Shown one piece after another: positions 30,244 through 39,712 of a DNA stretch of 64,000 nucleotides. Within the stretch, counting starts at the first letter, position 1. Every line of letters begins with the position of its first letter. The notes beneath the pieces were generated by a model that ran no database searches, was not told the origin of the DNA, and was given only the letters and a program-made list of their open reading frames with translations. Source of the stretch: Candidatus Bathyarchaeia archaeon (GTDB taxonomy: Archaea > Thermoproteota > Bathyarchaeia > Bathyarchaeales > Bathycorpusculaceae); assembly GCA_050010755.1 (NCBI GenBank), contig JBEKKK010000002.1, forward strand, positions 1 to 64,000, given 5' to 3'. Both the position numbers and the translations under genes were made by a program.

Positions 30244-31518
30244 ATGAACATTTTGAGAACGAGAAAGATGAAAGTGCTGGCGTTCGTTGAGTACTTGCCA
30301 CCAAAATTGGGAAGCGACAGAAGGATATTTGAGCTCATGAAGCGGATGGCCAATAGAAATGAGGTGCACTTTGCCGTTTTTCCTCCGTTTCGTGAATTAC
30401 GTGACAAATCATACATGGACAAACAAGCCACTCAGAGTCATACACGCGACGAGAAGGCCGTTATTCGCTACGAAGGTATTTTTGAACATTCGGTACGAGT
30501 CTCGCCTCGAGTTTCTCTACTGTGGCAACATTCGTTGATAGCTGCGTATTTTGTGACCGCCGTTTCAGTGTTCTTGAGTTCATTCAAGATTTTGAGAGTG
30601 ATAGACCCAGATGTCATCGTGCTAAATTATCCCAGTCCTTACACTGGTCTGTTGGGCTTTCTGGAAGGAAAACTGTGGAGAAAAAAAGTTGTCGCCGATT
30701 TCAATGATTTGATTGCTCAGTACAGCAGCGTTCTCCTCAATATTGACCAAAAAAGTTTAACAGCTAAGCTACTTGTTCAAGTTCAGCGGTTTGTTGTCAG
30801 AAAGTCGGACAGGACAATCGCACCTACACGGTTCATAAAGAACTACGCAGTTTCATTAGGTGTTTCTCAACGCAAGATTTCTATAATTCCAAACGGTGTC
30901 GATACCAAGCTGTTCGACTCGAACGGCTTGGATTCCGCCAAAGTGAGATCAGATTTGCATCTCAACAAAGAGAGATTGTGTGTTTACTCAGGGCGCTTGG
31001 ACGGATGGGCGGGAATGAACATATTGCGGAGGTTATGCGAAGACGCGAGATTGAAAAAACTCAATGTGAGATTTTTGCTCGTCGGAAGTGGTGACAGTAA
31101 GAATATCAATGAGGATAATGTCCTGTACGTAGGAGAAATGCCCCACGAAGAGATTCCTTCCATATTGTCAGTTGCAGACGTTGTACTTGTTCCATTTCCT
31201 AACAACGAAATCTCCCATGCAGCAAGCCCGCTGAAACTTTTTGAGGGAATGTCAATGCGGAAACCTGTCATTGCCAGCAGGGTAGCTGGCATTCAAGAGA
31301 TAATTTTGGATGGAGAAAATGGTTTTCTTGCGGATCCAGACAATGCTGAAGAATGGATAAGGAAGCTTGAGACCTTGTTGAACTCTGAAAAGCTAGGAGC
31401 AAGAATGGGGGAAAATGCTAGGCGGACCGTTGAGGACAGATTCGATTGGGGAGCGTTGGCAAAGCAGTACGAAGAAGCCTTAAATGCCATTTTGTCTCAA
31501 CCACCACACATTGTTTGA
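30244..31518 (+). CDS. GT4 family glycosyltransferase
   Basis: IIPNGVD, YSGRL and PLKLFEGMSMRKPVIAS motifs. Confidence 0.92.
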   Translation: MNILRTRKMKVLAFVEYLPPKLGSDRRIFELMKRMANRNEVHFAVFPPFRELRDKSYMDKQATQSHTRDEKAVIRYEGIFEHSVRVSPRVSLLWQHSLIAAYFVTAVSVFLSSFKILRVIDPDVIVLNYPSPYTGLLGFLEGKLWRKKVVADFNDLIAQYSSVLLNIDQKSLTAKLLVQVQRFVVRKSDRTIAPTRFIKNYAVSLGVSQRKISIIPNGVDTKLFDSNGLDSAKVRSDLHLNKERLCVYSGRLDGWAGMNILRRLCEDARLKKLNVRFLLVGSGDSKNINEDNVLYVGEMPHEEIPSILSVADVVLVPFPNNEISHAASPLKLFEGMSMRKPVIASRVAGIQEIILDGENGFLADPDNAEEWIRKLETLLNSEKLGARMGENARRTVEDRFDWGALAKQYEEALNAILSQPPHIV

Positions 31519-31539
31519 CCTAAGCCGAGAGTATAGAAC

Positions 31540-32712
31540 ATGCGCATACTGCAAGTCACACCGCGGTTTCCTCCAGCAATTGGCGGAGTGGAAGAACACG
31601 TCTATCGAATTTCTCGCGAACTTACTAAGAGAGGGCACAATGTAACCGTCATAACTTCAAACGAGGTAGATGGAAAAGTCTCTCCTGTAAAGAAGGAAAA
31701 TCTCGATGGCATAAAAGTTTGCCGCTTCCCCTTGTTCATGCCGAGCATTTTCAGGGAACTCTGGTTCATACCTGAAGTCGTGAAGATTGTCAAAGAAATC
31801 GAAGCCGACGTAGTTCACGCACATGGTTATAGGTGCTTGAGTTCCCTCGAGGCGGTCTACATCTCTCACATCAGGGGTGTCCCATCTGTTCTCACACCGC
31901 ACGGGATTTATCCTCACAGATCTCTAGCAAACGGATTCGCGAAAGATTTTTTTGACAAGTCTTCAGGTCGTCTGCTGCTTAATTCCTCTGACAGAATAGT
32001 AGCACTGAGCAGGCACAACAAGCGTCTTATTTCAAATTTAGGTGCGCCAGAGCACAAGATAGCCATCGTGCCCAACGGCGTTGATGCTGTGGAATATGCA
32101 AATCTTCATCGAAGCAAGAGAATTCTTGAGGAACTCCACTCAGATGGTCCTATATTGCTCTACGTTGGGAGGATAGATTGGAATAAGCGAGTGGATAAGA
32201 TCGTTGAGGCTCTACCCGCTATCTTGAAAGATTTTCCGTCCGCTAAGCTTGTCGTTGTTGGCCCCGACTACTCAAATTGCGTAAATGAACTTTTAGACGT
32301 CTCTAGGAAGCTCAAAGTGAAGGATTCTCTTGTTATTACGGGCAACGTTCCGAGGGAGAAGCTACTCGAGTTCTATTCAGTCGCCAATGTTTTCCTGTTC
32401 CCATCTTCATACGAAGGGTTCGGTCTAAGTATGCTCGAAGCGATGTGCAGCAAAATTCCTGTCATTGCTTCTCCTTCTGGGGGCCCAGGCGATATTTTGA
32501 AGGATAGAACACACGCGTTGTTACTCAAGGAATCTACTTCTGGCGAAATCTCAAAATTGGTTCATGCTGTGCTGACAGATCAGTCGTTGAAAGAGGAACT
32601 CGTCAAGAACGCATTGGAACTCGTCGAGACAAAGTATACTTGGAAAAAGGTCGTGAACCATTTAGAAATGGTTTACGGACGAGCTATTGCAGAAAAGAGA
32701 GTGAGCGCGTAG
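31540..32712 (+). CDS. GT4 family glycosyltransferase
   Basis: IGGVEEH, VPNGVD, YVGRI and PSSYEGFGLSMLEAM motifs. Confidence 0.93.
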   Translation: MRILQVTPRFPPAIGGVEEHVYRISRELTKRGHNVTVITSNEVDGKVSPVKKENLDGIKVCRFPLFMPSIFRELWFIPEVVKIVKEIEADVVHAHGYRCLSSLEAVYISHIRGVPSVLTPHGIYPHRSLANGFAKDFFDKSSGRLLLNSSDRIVALSRHNKRLISNLGAPEHKIAIVPNGVDAVEYANLHRSKRILEELHSDGPILLYVGRIDWNKRVDKIVEALPAILKDFPSAKLVVVGPDYSNCVNELLDVSRKLKVKDSLVITGNVPREKLLEFYSVANVFLFPSSYEGFGLSMLEAMCSKIPVIASPSGGPGDILKDRTHALLLKESTSGEISKLVHAVLTDQSLKEELVKNALELVETKYTWKKVVNHLEMVYGRAIAEKRVSA

Positions 32713-32897
32713 CCGCCCGCCGAAGGCCTATCAGGCCCAAATACGGGCACCATATTCCATTGCCATGTGCAGATGACTTCTCTCTTTACTTAGGATTGTT
32801 ATTCTCCAAAAACGAATGCAAAGGGATCTGCCCGCGGTTTTTCTCCCTTATGCGCGCAGATTTCAACAAGTCTGTTCAGGCCTAGGTTCAACCAACG

Positions 32898-33671
32898 CTA
32901 GCCTGCCGATTCTTTTAGTCTCTTAATTTTTAAAATCTCCGAGGTGAACTCCTTGATTTCGTTTGCGGAGAGCTTCGATTTTCCGTTCTTTCTATTAACG
33001 AAGGTCATCGGGAATTCCCTTACGTCGAATCCTCTTTTGTGGGCTTGCCGTATAGTTTCTATTTGTATTTCGTAGGTTTCACTGTGCAAGTCTGGGACCA
33101 TTTCTCTGACAAGCCTTGTCGAGTAGCATCGCAAACCGCTGGTGTAGTCATGGATTTTTGCTCTCACCAAAATGTAAGCGAGAATGTTTGCTATACGACT
33201 GGTCAGGCGGCGAAATATGCTCCATTTCACCACGCCGCCTCCCTTGCAGTATCTACTTCCTATTGCCAGACCTTTGCTTTCTCTTGCGGTTTGGATTGCG
33301 CGCGGAACTTCTCTGGGATTGTGCGAGTAGTCAGCGTCCATGGTCACTATGTAGCTTGGAGGGTTCTTCAATGATATGAGTGTCTTGAAACCGTCGGTTA
33401 TGGCTGTTCCAAGGCCGGACTTCTTCGGTCTCACTAGGAGGAGAATGTTGCTGTACTTTTTCTGCAGTGTCCGAACGGCATCAGCCGTCCCATCTGGGCT
33501 GGAATCGTCGATGACTAGGATGCGGACATCAAGATCCAAGCTTTCGATGTCGCCTATTAGCTTTTCAATGTTTGAAACTTCACAATACGTGGGGAGGATC
33601 AGTCCGATCTCTGATTTTGCGCCTAGGTCTCCTTCAACGCGTGCGAGGTTTGCTGTTATTGTTTGGTTCAT
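32898..33671 (-). CDS. Polyprenol-phosphate mannose synthase-like GT2
   Basis: PTYCE, IDDSSPDGT, MDADYSHNP, GSRY and DYTSG motifs. Confidence 0.9.
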   Translation of the reverse strand: MNQTITANLARVEGDLGAKSEIGLILPTYCEVSNIEKLIGDIESLDLDVRILVIDDSSPDGTADAVRTLQKKYSNILLLVRPKKSGLGTAITDGFKTLISLKNPPSYIVTMDADYSHNPREVPRAIQTARESKGLAIGSRYCKGGGVVKWSIFRRLTSRIANILAYILVRAKIHDYTSGLRCYSTRLVREMVPDLHSETYEIQIETIRQAHKRGFDVREFPMTFVNRKNGKSKLSANEIKEFTSEILKIKRLKESAG

Positions 33672-33773
33672 CTTTCCCTGTCCTGTAGGACGAACTGATT
33701 TGTTACGCTGTCAATATTAAACTTTTGACCGTTCTGGCATACAAGCATACAGCCATCACGGTTTTAACTCTTT

Positions 33774-34814
33774 CTAGTGTGGGGATGTAACCTTTCTTCT
33801 ATAGTAGCCCAATGGATGATGTATCCTTCTGCACAGGCTATCAGGGTTTATGCAAACTCCGTGAGTTTTCAGCGTGTCACATTTTGGAGTTGTGTAGCGG
33901 GTTCGGGAGCCTCTTTCTCCAGCTATGTGTTCAACCTGGTAGCGGGTCATTCTTTCGTTGAAATCGGAGATGTTTTTGAAGAGTTCCACAACTTTTTCCG
34001 AGGGCATTCCGATGTTTACGAGGAATGATGTTAGGGTGAACCTGCCGATGTGTGAGAGGTGGCGTCCAGATGAAAAGGCCTCGTATAGTTTCTGTATGCA
34101 GGGTGGAAAGGCTGTTTGTGTTATGGACTTCGGAAAGCCTTCTATCTCGGTTTTGCCTATTTTGTCTATTGCCAGTTTGTTGATTCTTTCGGCTGTTTCT
34201 AGGACTTTTGTCGGAAATTTGGGCAGTTCTTCGGTTTCTGTGTGTTCTTCGACGTATCTGCGAACTTCTTCGGCGAGCAGTCTGGCGGTTTCGCCGCTTG
34301 TTAGGTAGACTTTTCCGTTTGCCAAAGGGCGGTTGATGAGTTTCCATTTTTTTTCTCGCAGGTATGTCGTGTTCTTGAGGTAACTGGTGAAGTCGAGTGC
34401 GAATTCGTATGGTATTTGGAGGTTGTTGTTGGGTTGCAGTTTCCATTGAAAGTTCTGGGCGATTTTTGCTAGTTTTTCTTTGGGTTCGAGTTTGAAGTCT
34501 TCGTATGCTTGTTTTGCTTCGGCCAGTGCGTATCTCTTCTTGATGAACGTGTTTTGGGTTGCTATCGTTAGGACTATGGCGACTGTGAATGAGAGGATTT
34601 CTACGTCTTCGGCGTGGTGGGGGTTTCTGGTGACTCTTGTGTATAATATCGCTTCTTCGACTCTTTCTTCTGCTCGGTCGAGTATCTGTTTGAGTTCGAT
34701 GTTTTCTAGGTCTTCGATGTTTAGGTTTGGGAGTTTCAGGTATTTTGCTGCTTCTTTTAGGAATGGGTATTTGGTGTAGTCGCTTTTGGCGAATTTGGAG
34801 AAGACGGTTTGCAT
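33774..34814 (-). CDS. priL: DNA primase large subunit
   Basis: FPPCI, DFNERMTRYQVEH and Fe-S cysteines (PKC...GVC...LC). Confidence 0.95.
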   Translation of the reverse strand: MQTVFSKFAKSDYTKYPFLKEAAKYLKLPNLNIEDLENIELKQILDRAEERVEEAILYTRVTRNPHHAEDVEILSFTVAIVLTIATQNTFIKKRYALAEAKQAYEDFKLEPKEKLAKIAQNFQWKLQPNNNLQIPYEFALDFTSYLKNTTYLREKKWKLINRPLANGKVYLTSGETARLLAEEVRRYVEEHTETEELPKFPTKVLETAERINKLAIDKIGKTEIEGFPKSITQTAFPPCIQKLYEAFSSGRHLSHIGRFTLTSFLVNIGMPSEKVVELFKNISDFNERMTRYQVEHIAGERGSRTRYTTPKCDTLKTHGVCINPDSLCRRIHHPLGYYRRKVTSPH

Positions 34815-34827
34815 GTGGTTTTTCTCG

Positions 34828-35583
34828 TTATTCGCTTTCGATTCGGGGTGCGAGGTAGAAGGTTAGTTTTCCTTCTTTTGCCTGTTGGAAGTCTAGTTTT
34901 ATGGGCATGTCTGAGGAGAATTCGAGTGTTGCTATGTCTGAGGTTGCGGATGCCGTTTTTATTATTTCAGTCAGGTAGCTGAGGCTGAAGGTTGCTTTTT
35001 GCTGTTCTTTGGCGTCGAGTTCGAGCAGGGTGTCGCTTCCTTTTTGGAGGGTTATCGTTGCGCCCATCAGGTCTCCGGCGGCGTTGAAGACCACTTTTTC
35101 GGGGTCTGCTTCGATTCTCACGTGGTCGCTCACGAGCTGGGCGTCTTCGATTGCTTGGCTCAGGCCTTCGGTCGTGGCTTTTATTTTGACGTTGAATGTG
35201 ATTTTGGGTGTTGGGACTTCCTCTTCTGAGGCTTCGAGTGTGGGCATGGTGAAGTTGCGCGAGTATTTTCCGGTGATTGAGATTTGTAGTTTTCCGGTTT
35301 TTTCGTCTTTGGAGAGTTCGAGCGTTTCGTCTTTGCCGGCTCTCTTGAGGAGTTTGAGGAGTTCGGTTATGTTTACGCACATTTTTGTGGGTTCCGTGCA
35401 GATGTATTCCTCGAAGATGGTTTTGGGCCATTCGAAGTCTATCATGGCGACGCGTGATGGGTCCATTGCGCGAAGTTTGATGCCTTCTGCGTCGAGTTTG
35501 AAAGTGGCTTCGTCTACGAGTATGGAGATGGATGTGATCATGTCTCTGAGTTGTTTGGCGTCGGCGACTTTGACTTTGAACAT
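34828..35583 (-). CDS. pcn: DNA polymerase sliding clamp PCNA
   Basis: LRAMDPSRVAM and FYLAPRIE motifs. Confidence 0.97.
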   Translation of the reverse strand: MFKVKVADAKQLRDMITSISILVDEATFKLDAEGIKLRAMDPSRVAMIDFEWPKTIFEEYICTEPTKMCVNITELLKLLKRAGKDETLELSKDEKTGKLQISITGKYSRNFTMPTLEASEEEVPTPKITFNVKIKATTEGLSQAIEDAQLVSDHVRIEADPEKVVFNAAGDLMGATITLQKGSDTLLELDAKEQQKATFSLSYLTEIIKTASATSDIATLEFSSDMPIKLDFQQAKEGKLTFYLAPRIESE

Positions 35584-35744
35584 GAGTGTCACCTTTGGAG
35601 GTGTGTTTAGTTGTTGTTTATGACTTTATTTAGCTTTAGGTTGGCTTCTGCTGGGACCTGCTGTGTGTGTCGTCCTGTTTGGGCGGCGGGGGTTGATGGT
35701 TTTTTGCGAAATTTTTAAGTTGTTCTTGTCCGTAGGCTGTTGGT

Positions 35745-36143
35745 ATGCACGAGTGGGCGCTGGCTGAAGCCGTAGTATCTGCGGCTTCTGAGGCGGCGGA
35801 GAAGGAGGGTTTTAGAGAGGTCAAGGAAGTGAGGATTAGGGTTGGGGAGCTGCAGCAGATAGATGAGGACGTGTTATTGTTTGCTCTTCAACAGGTCAAG
35901 GGGCCCAGGTTCGAGAGTGCGGTGTTCAAGGTTGAGGAGGCGCGGGCGAGGTTGAGTTGTCGGGTGTGTGGTCGTGTGTGGGTTTTTGACAGGCGGAAGC
36001 TGGATGAGGGCGTGGTTGAGGCTATTCATTTTGTTCCTGAGGTGGCGCACGCGTATGTTAAGTGTCCGAGGTGTGGGAGTCCGGATTTTGAGGTGGTGGA
36101 GGGGCGTGGGGTTTCACTTGTTAGCGTTAGGGGTGTGAGGTAG
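35745..36143 (+). CDS. hypA: Hydrogenase nickel incorporation protein HypA
   Basis: MHEWALA, GELQ and CxxC...CPxC motifs. Confidence 0.95.
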   Translation: MHEWALAEAVVSAASEAAEKEGFREVKEVRIRVGELQQIDEDVLLFALQQVKGPRFESAVFKVEEARARLSCRVCGRVWVFDRRKLDEGVVEAIHFVPEVAHAYVKCPRCGSPDFEVVEGRGVSLVSVRGVR

Positions 36144-36145
36144 GC

Positions 36146-36868
36146 TTGGTTGATCCTCGGGCGAGCATCGTGAATGAGAGGTTGAAGGGTGTGCGTCGCA
36201 TCATAGCAGTTTCAGGTGGCAAGGGTGGGGTGGGCAAGAGCCTGTTTGCGACGACGTTTGCCTTGATTCTTGCTAGGAAGGGGTTCAAAGTCGGTCTATT
36301 TGACCTGGATTTCACGAGCCCGTCTACGCATGCTGTCTTAGGCGTTCAGGATCTGCGACCTATGGAGGATAAGGGCATTGTTCCTCCGCGGGTGTGCGGT
36401 TTGGAGTATATGTCGATTGTCTATTTTTCGGGTAGTCTTGCGACTCCGCTGAGGGGGGTGGATGTTTCTAATGCGTTGTTGGAGCTTTTGTCGGTGGTTG
36501 TGTGGGGGGAGCTGGATTATCTTGTGCTTGATGTGCCGCCGGGGATTGGTGATGCTACTCTTGATTTGGTGAGGTTGATTGGGAGGGTGGAGTTTCTGAT
36601 TGTGACGACGCCTTCGCGGTTGGCTTTTGAGACTGTGAGGAGGCTGGTTGGGTTGTTGCAGGAGTTGAGGGTGCGGGTGATTGGGGTTGTTGAGAATATG
36701 GAGTTGGTTCGTTCCGATGTTGTGGAGCGAGAGGCGGATGCGTTGGGTTTGGCGTTCTTGGGGAGGATTCCTTTTGACGAGGGGGTGGAGGCGGCGTTGG
36801 GGAAGCCTGATGAGCTTCTGGGCACCGTCTTTGCGGAAAAGGTGAGACAGCTCGCCTCGAGAATCTGA
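36146..36868 (+). CDS. Mrp/NBP35 ATPase (probable ATPase-type HypB)
   Basis: GGKGGVGKS, DVPPG and ENM motifs; directly after hypA. Confidence 0.88.
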   Translation: MVDPRASIVNERLKGVRRIIAVSGGKGGVGKSLFATTFALILARKGFKVGLFDLDFTSPSTHAVLGVQDLRPMEDKGIVPPRVCGLEYMSIVYFSGSLATPLRGVDVSNALLELLSVVVWGELDYLVLDVPPGIGDATLDLVRLIGRVEFLIVTTPSRLAFETVRRLVGLLQELRVRVIGVVENMELVRSDVVEREADALGLAFLGRIPFDEGVEAALGKPDELLGTVFAEKVRQLASRI

Positions 36869-36884
36869 CAAAATCGGTGCAGTT

Positions 36885-36960
36885 GCCCCCTCCCCTTTTT
36901 TTCTTTACATCAGATGTAATGTTGCTGTGTAATGTTGCCGTGTAAGTTTTCCATGTTGCG
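36885..36960 (-). repeat. Dispersed repeat copy 7 (subtype A)
   Basis: + strand reads GCCCCCTCCCC-T7-CTTTACATCAGATGTAATGTTGCTGTGTAATGTTGCCGTGTAAGTTTTCCATGTTGCG. Confidence 0.95.
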
Positions 36961-37068
36961 CGTGCGCGTTGCGGAAAACGCTAAAACTTGGTCCTAGCTG
37001 GAGTCTAGGTCGCCCTTTTTCTTCGGGTTTGCTCTGGCATCACTTAGATTGCGATGTTGAACGGTGCT

Positions 37069-37169
37069 CCCCTCCCCTTTTTTTACACACATCAGATGTA
37101 ATGGATCCGTGTAATGGATCCACGTGTGTGTCCATGTTGCGTGGCGCAGTGTTCCGGAAAAAGAATTAA
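37069..37169 (-). repeat. Dispersed repeat copy 8 (subtype B, with 5' extension)
   Basis: + strand reads CCCCTCCCC-T7-ACACACATCAGATGTAATGGATCCGTGTAATGGATCCACGTGTGTGTCCATGTTGCGTGGCGCAGTGTTCCGGAAAAAGAATTAA. Confidence 0.92.
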
Positions 37170-37259
37170 TTTTGGTTCTGGCTTGTGTTGCGCGTGCTGG
37201 TCGTCTCTTTTGTTCGAGTTTGTCGATTAACGTTATGTGGTTTCGACGATGAAGCGTGA

Positions 37260-37332
37260 CCCCCTCCCCTTTTTTTCTTCACATCAGATGTAATGTTGCA
37301 ATGTAATGTTGCAGCGTAAACCGCGATGTTGC
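37260..37332 (-). repeat. Dispersed repeat copy 9 (subtype A variant)
   Basis: + strand reads CCCCCTCCCC-T7-CTTCACATCAGATGTAATGTTGCAATGTAATGTTGCAGCGTAAACCGCGATGTTGC. Confidence 0.93.
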
Positions 37333-37455
37333 TTTTTGTCCTTGTGTCCAGTGTTTGTGAGGTTGGTTGTAGTGCGCTTGGGTGATGCTGTTTTGATGTG
37401 AGTATGTTTTTATTAGTGCTTGGAGGTAACGTATAGGCTGGGAGGTTTGTGTTGT

Positions 37456-38427
37456 TTGAGTTTCGAGATGTGGGCTGAGAAGTACAGGCCAAAGAAGCTG
37501 AGCGATATTGTTGATCAGAAGGATATTGTGGAGCGTTTGAAGAGTTTCGCGGAGTCTAGGAACGTTCCTCATTGCATTTTTGCGGGGCCGCCGGGCACTG
37601 GGAAGACGACTGCGGCTCTTTGTTTGGCGAGGGATCTTTATGGTGATGTGTTTAGGGAGCATATGCTGGAGTTGAATGCGAGCGATGAGAGGGGCATTGA
37701 CGTGGTGAGGGAGACCGTGAAGACTTTTGCGAGGGTGAAGTCGATTGGTGAGATTCCGTTTAAGATTATGATTCTGGATGAGGCGGATAACATGACTTCT
37801 GATGCTCAGCAGGCGTTGAGGCGAACGATGGAGCGTTACACTGGGACTTGCCGTTTTATCATGTGTGCTAATTATAGTGGGAGGATAATCGAGCCCATTC
37901 AGTCCCGTTGTGCTCCTTTCAGGTTTGCTCATTTGCCGAGAGAAGCTCAGGATTCTTACTTGAAGGGCATTGCCGAGAAGGAGAAAGTGAAGTTGTTAGT
38001 TGATGGTTTCGAGGCTATTTTTGAGGTTTCTGGCGGAGACTTGAGACGTGCCATTAATACGCTACAGTCTGCTGCTTCCTTGGACAAGCCCATTGATGCG
38101 AAGGTTGTTTATTCTGTTACTGGAAAGGCTAGCCCTGCAGACGTGGCGAAGATGATCATGACGGCTATGGAGGGTGACTTTGTCGGTGCGCGAAAAAGAC
38201 TGCGCGAAATGATCCAGCAGTACGGTGTGGCCGGGAGCGATTTGATGCGTCAGATTCACACGGAGATTTTCAGATCTGAGATGCCCGAGCAGTGGAAGAT
38301 AAAGCTGGCTGACGTTGTGGGTGAGGCGGATTTCAGGCTCGTTGAAGGAGCTGATGAGGAGATCCAGTTGAGCGCGTTGCTGGCTAGGCTCGTTGAAGCA
38401 GGCTGCGACATGAGAAGCGCAAAATAG
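37456..38427 (+). CDS. rfcS: Replication factor C small subunit
   Basis: WAEKYRP, GPPGTGKT, ELNASDERG, LDEAD and SRC motifs. Confidence 0.97.
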   Translation: MSFEMWAEKYRPKKLSDIVDQKDIVERLKSFAESRNVPHCIFAGPPGTGKTTAALCLARDLYGDVFREHMLELNASDERGIDVVRETVKTFARVKSIGEIPFKIMILDEADNMTSDAQQALRRTMERYTGTCRFIMCANYSGRIIEPIQSRCAPFRFAHLPREAQDSYLKGIAEKEKVKLLVDGFEAIFEVSGGDLRRAINTLQSAASLDKPIDAKVVYSVTGKASPADVAKMIMTAMEGDFVGARKRLREMIQQYGVAGSDLMRQIHTEIFRSEMPEQWKIKLADVVGEADFRLVEGADEEIQLSALLARLVEAGCDMRSAK

Positions 38428-38437
38428 GTGCGAACTC

Positions 38438-39697
38438 TTGCACTATGCTTGGACTGCTAAGCACAAGCCGAAATCTCTGGCTGGAATCATCGGGAACGCT
38501 GACGCGGTTGAAAAGTTCGCCGAATGGATAAAATCTTGGCAGAAAGGAATTCCAAAGAAAAGAGCTGCATTTCTCTATGGGCCGCCAGGCGTGGGAAAAA
38601 CTATCACTGTGGAGGCTCTGGCTCATGATAATGGCATGGAGTTCGTGGAGAAAAACGCAAGCGACTATCGAACCGAAGACGCCATAAACCGTTTTGCCGG
38701 ACTGGCCTCACAATACGGCTCACTGTTCGGTGGAAAAAGAATCATTCTTCTTGACGAACTGGACGGTATAACGGGGACCTCAGACAGGGGCGGGGTGAAG
38801 GCAATAACCGACGTGGTCAAGGCTGCCCAGTGCCCGGTAGTCCTGATTTCTAACAGCGCTTACGAGCCTCGCTTCTTAACCCTTCGCAGTTACTGCCTTC
38901 TTATAGAGTTCAAGAGGCTGGCGGCAGGCGAAGTTGCGAAGCTTTTGAAATTGATAAGCCAAGATGAGGGGATTCAGGCAGATGAGGCGGCGCTGAGGTT
39001 CATTGCTCAACGCTCGGGAGGCGATGTGCGGTCGGCAGTGAACGATCTTCAGGCGCTGGGCCAGAGCAAGAAGACGTTGACCTACGAGGATGTTTCATGG
39101 CTGGGGTACCGGGATAGACAAGACAGTATCTTCAACGTTTTGAGAATGATACTCTACGGAAAGACCTGTTCCAGCGCGAAGCAGGCGGCCAACACGGCGG
39201 ACGTTGACTCTGACATGCTTTTCGAATGGATCTACGAGAACGTTCCAGCACACTTGACGGATCCTCATGATCTGGCCGACGCGATGGATGCACTGTCCAT
39301 TGCAGATGTCTACAGGGGCAGAATTCGCGCCACTCAGGATTGGGGTCTGCTGCGTTACGTCATGGACTACATGACGGCCGGGGTGGCCTTGTCCAGAAAG
39401 AACACCAAACCTCCAGGGTGGATTCCTTTCAAGTTCCCTGAACGTATCCAAATGCTTTCGAGATCCAGAGGCGAGCGTGCCATGAAGCTGAGCATAGGTG
39501 CCCAGGTTAAGCGGAGGAACCACATTTCAGCTAGAAGAGCCACGACGGAAGTCCTTCCGTACCTTAGGATAATTTTCAACAACAATCCTGAGATGGCGGC
39601 TGGACTGGCAAAGTGGCTGGATTTGAGCCAGGAAATGGTTGAGTATCTGGTCGACAGCGAGAAAAAGGCTGAAACCATCATCAAACTTATTGGTTAG
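38438..39697 (+). CDS. rfcL: Replication factor C large subunit
   Basis: GPPGVGKT, EKNASD, LLDELD and GDVRSAVNDLQ motifs; follows rfcS. Confidence 0.95.
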   Translation: MHYAWTAKHKPKSLAGIIGNADAVEKFAEWIKSWQKGIPKKRAAFLYGPPGVGKTITVEALAHDNGMEFVEKNASDYRTEDAINRFAGLASQYGSLFGGKRIILLDELDGITGTSDRGGVKAITDVVKAAQCPVVLISNSAYEPRFLTLRSYCLLIEFKRLAAGEVAKLLKLISQDEGIQADEAALRFIAQRSGGDVRSAVNDLQALGQSKKTLTYEDVSWLGYRDRQDSIFNVLRMILYGKTCSSAKQAANTADVDSDMLFEWIYENVPAHLTDPHDLADAMDALSIADVYRGRIRATQDWGLLRYVMDYMTAGVALSRKNTKPPGWIPFKFPERIQMLSRSRGERAMKLSIGAQVKRRNHISARRATTEVLPYLRIIFNNNPEMAAGLAKWLDLSQEMVEYLVDSEKKAETIIKLIG

Positions 39698-39712
39698 ATA
39701 CTGGATCGCTTG

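Noticed and set aside
8413-37332. Repeat clusters as CRISPR arrays
   Set aside because: Units are 75-100 bp and divergent, spacers are about 100 bp, there are only 2-3 copies per cluster, and no cas genes are present.
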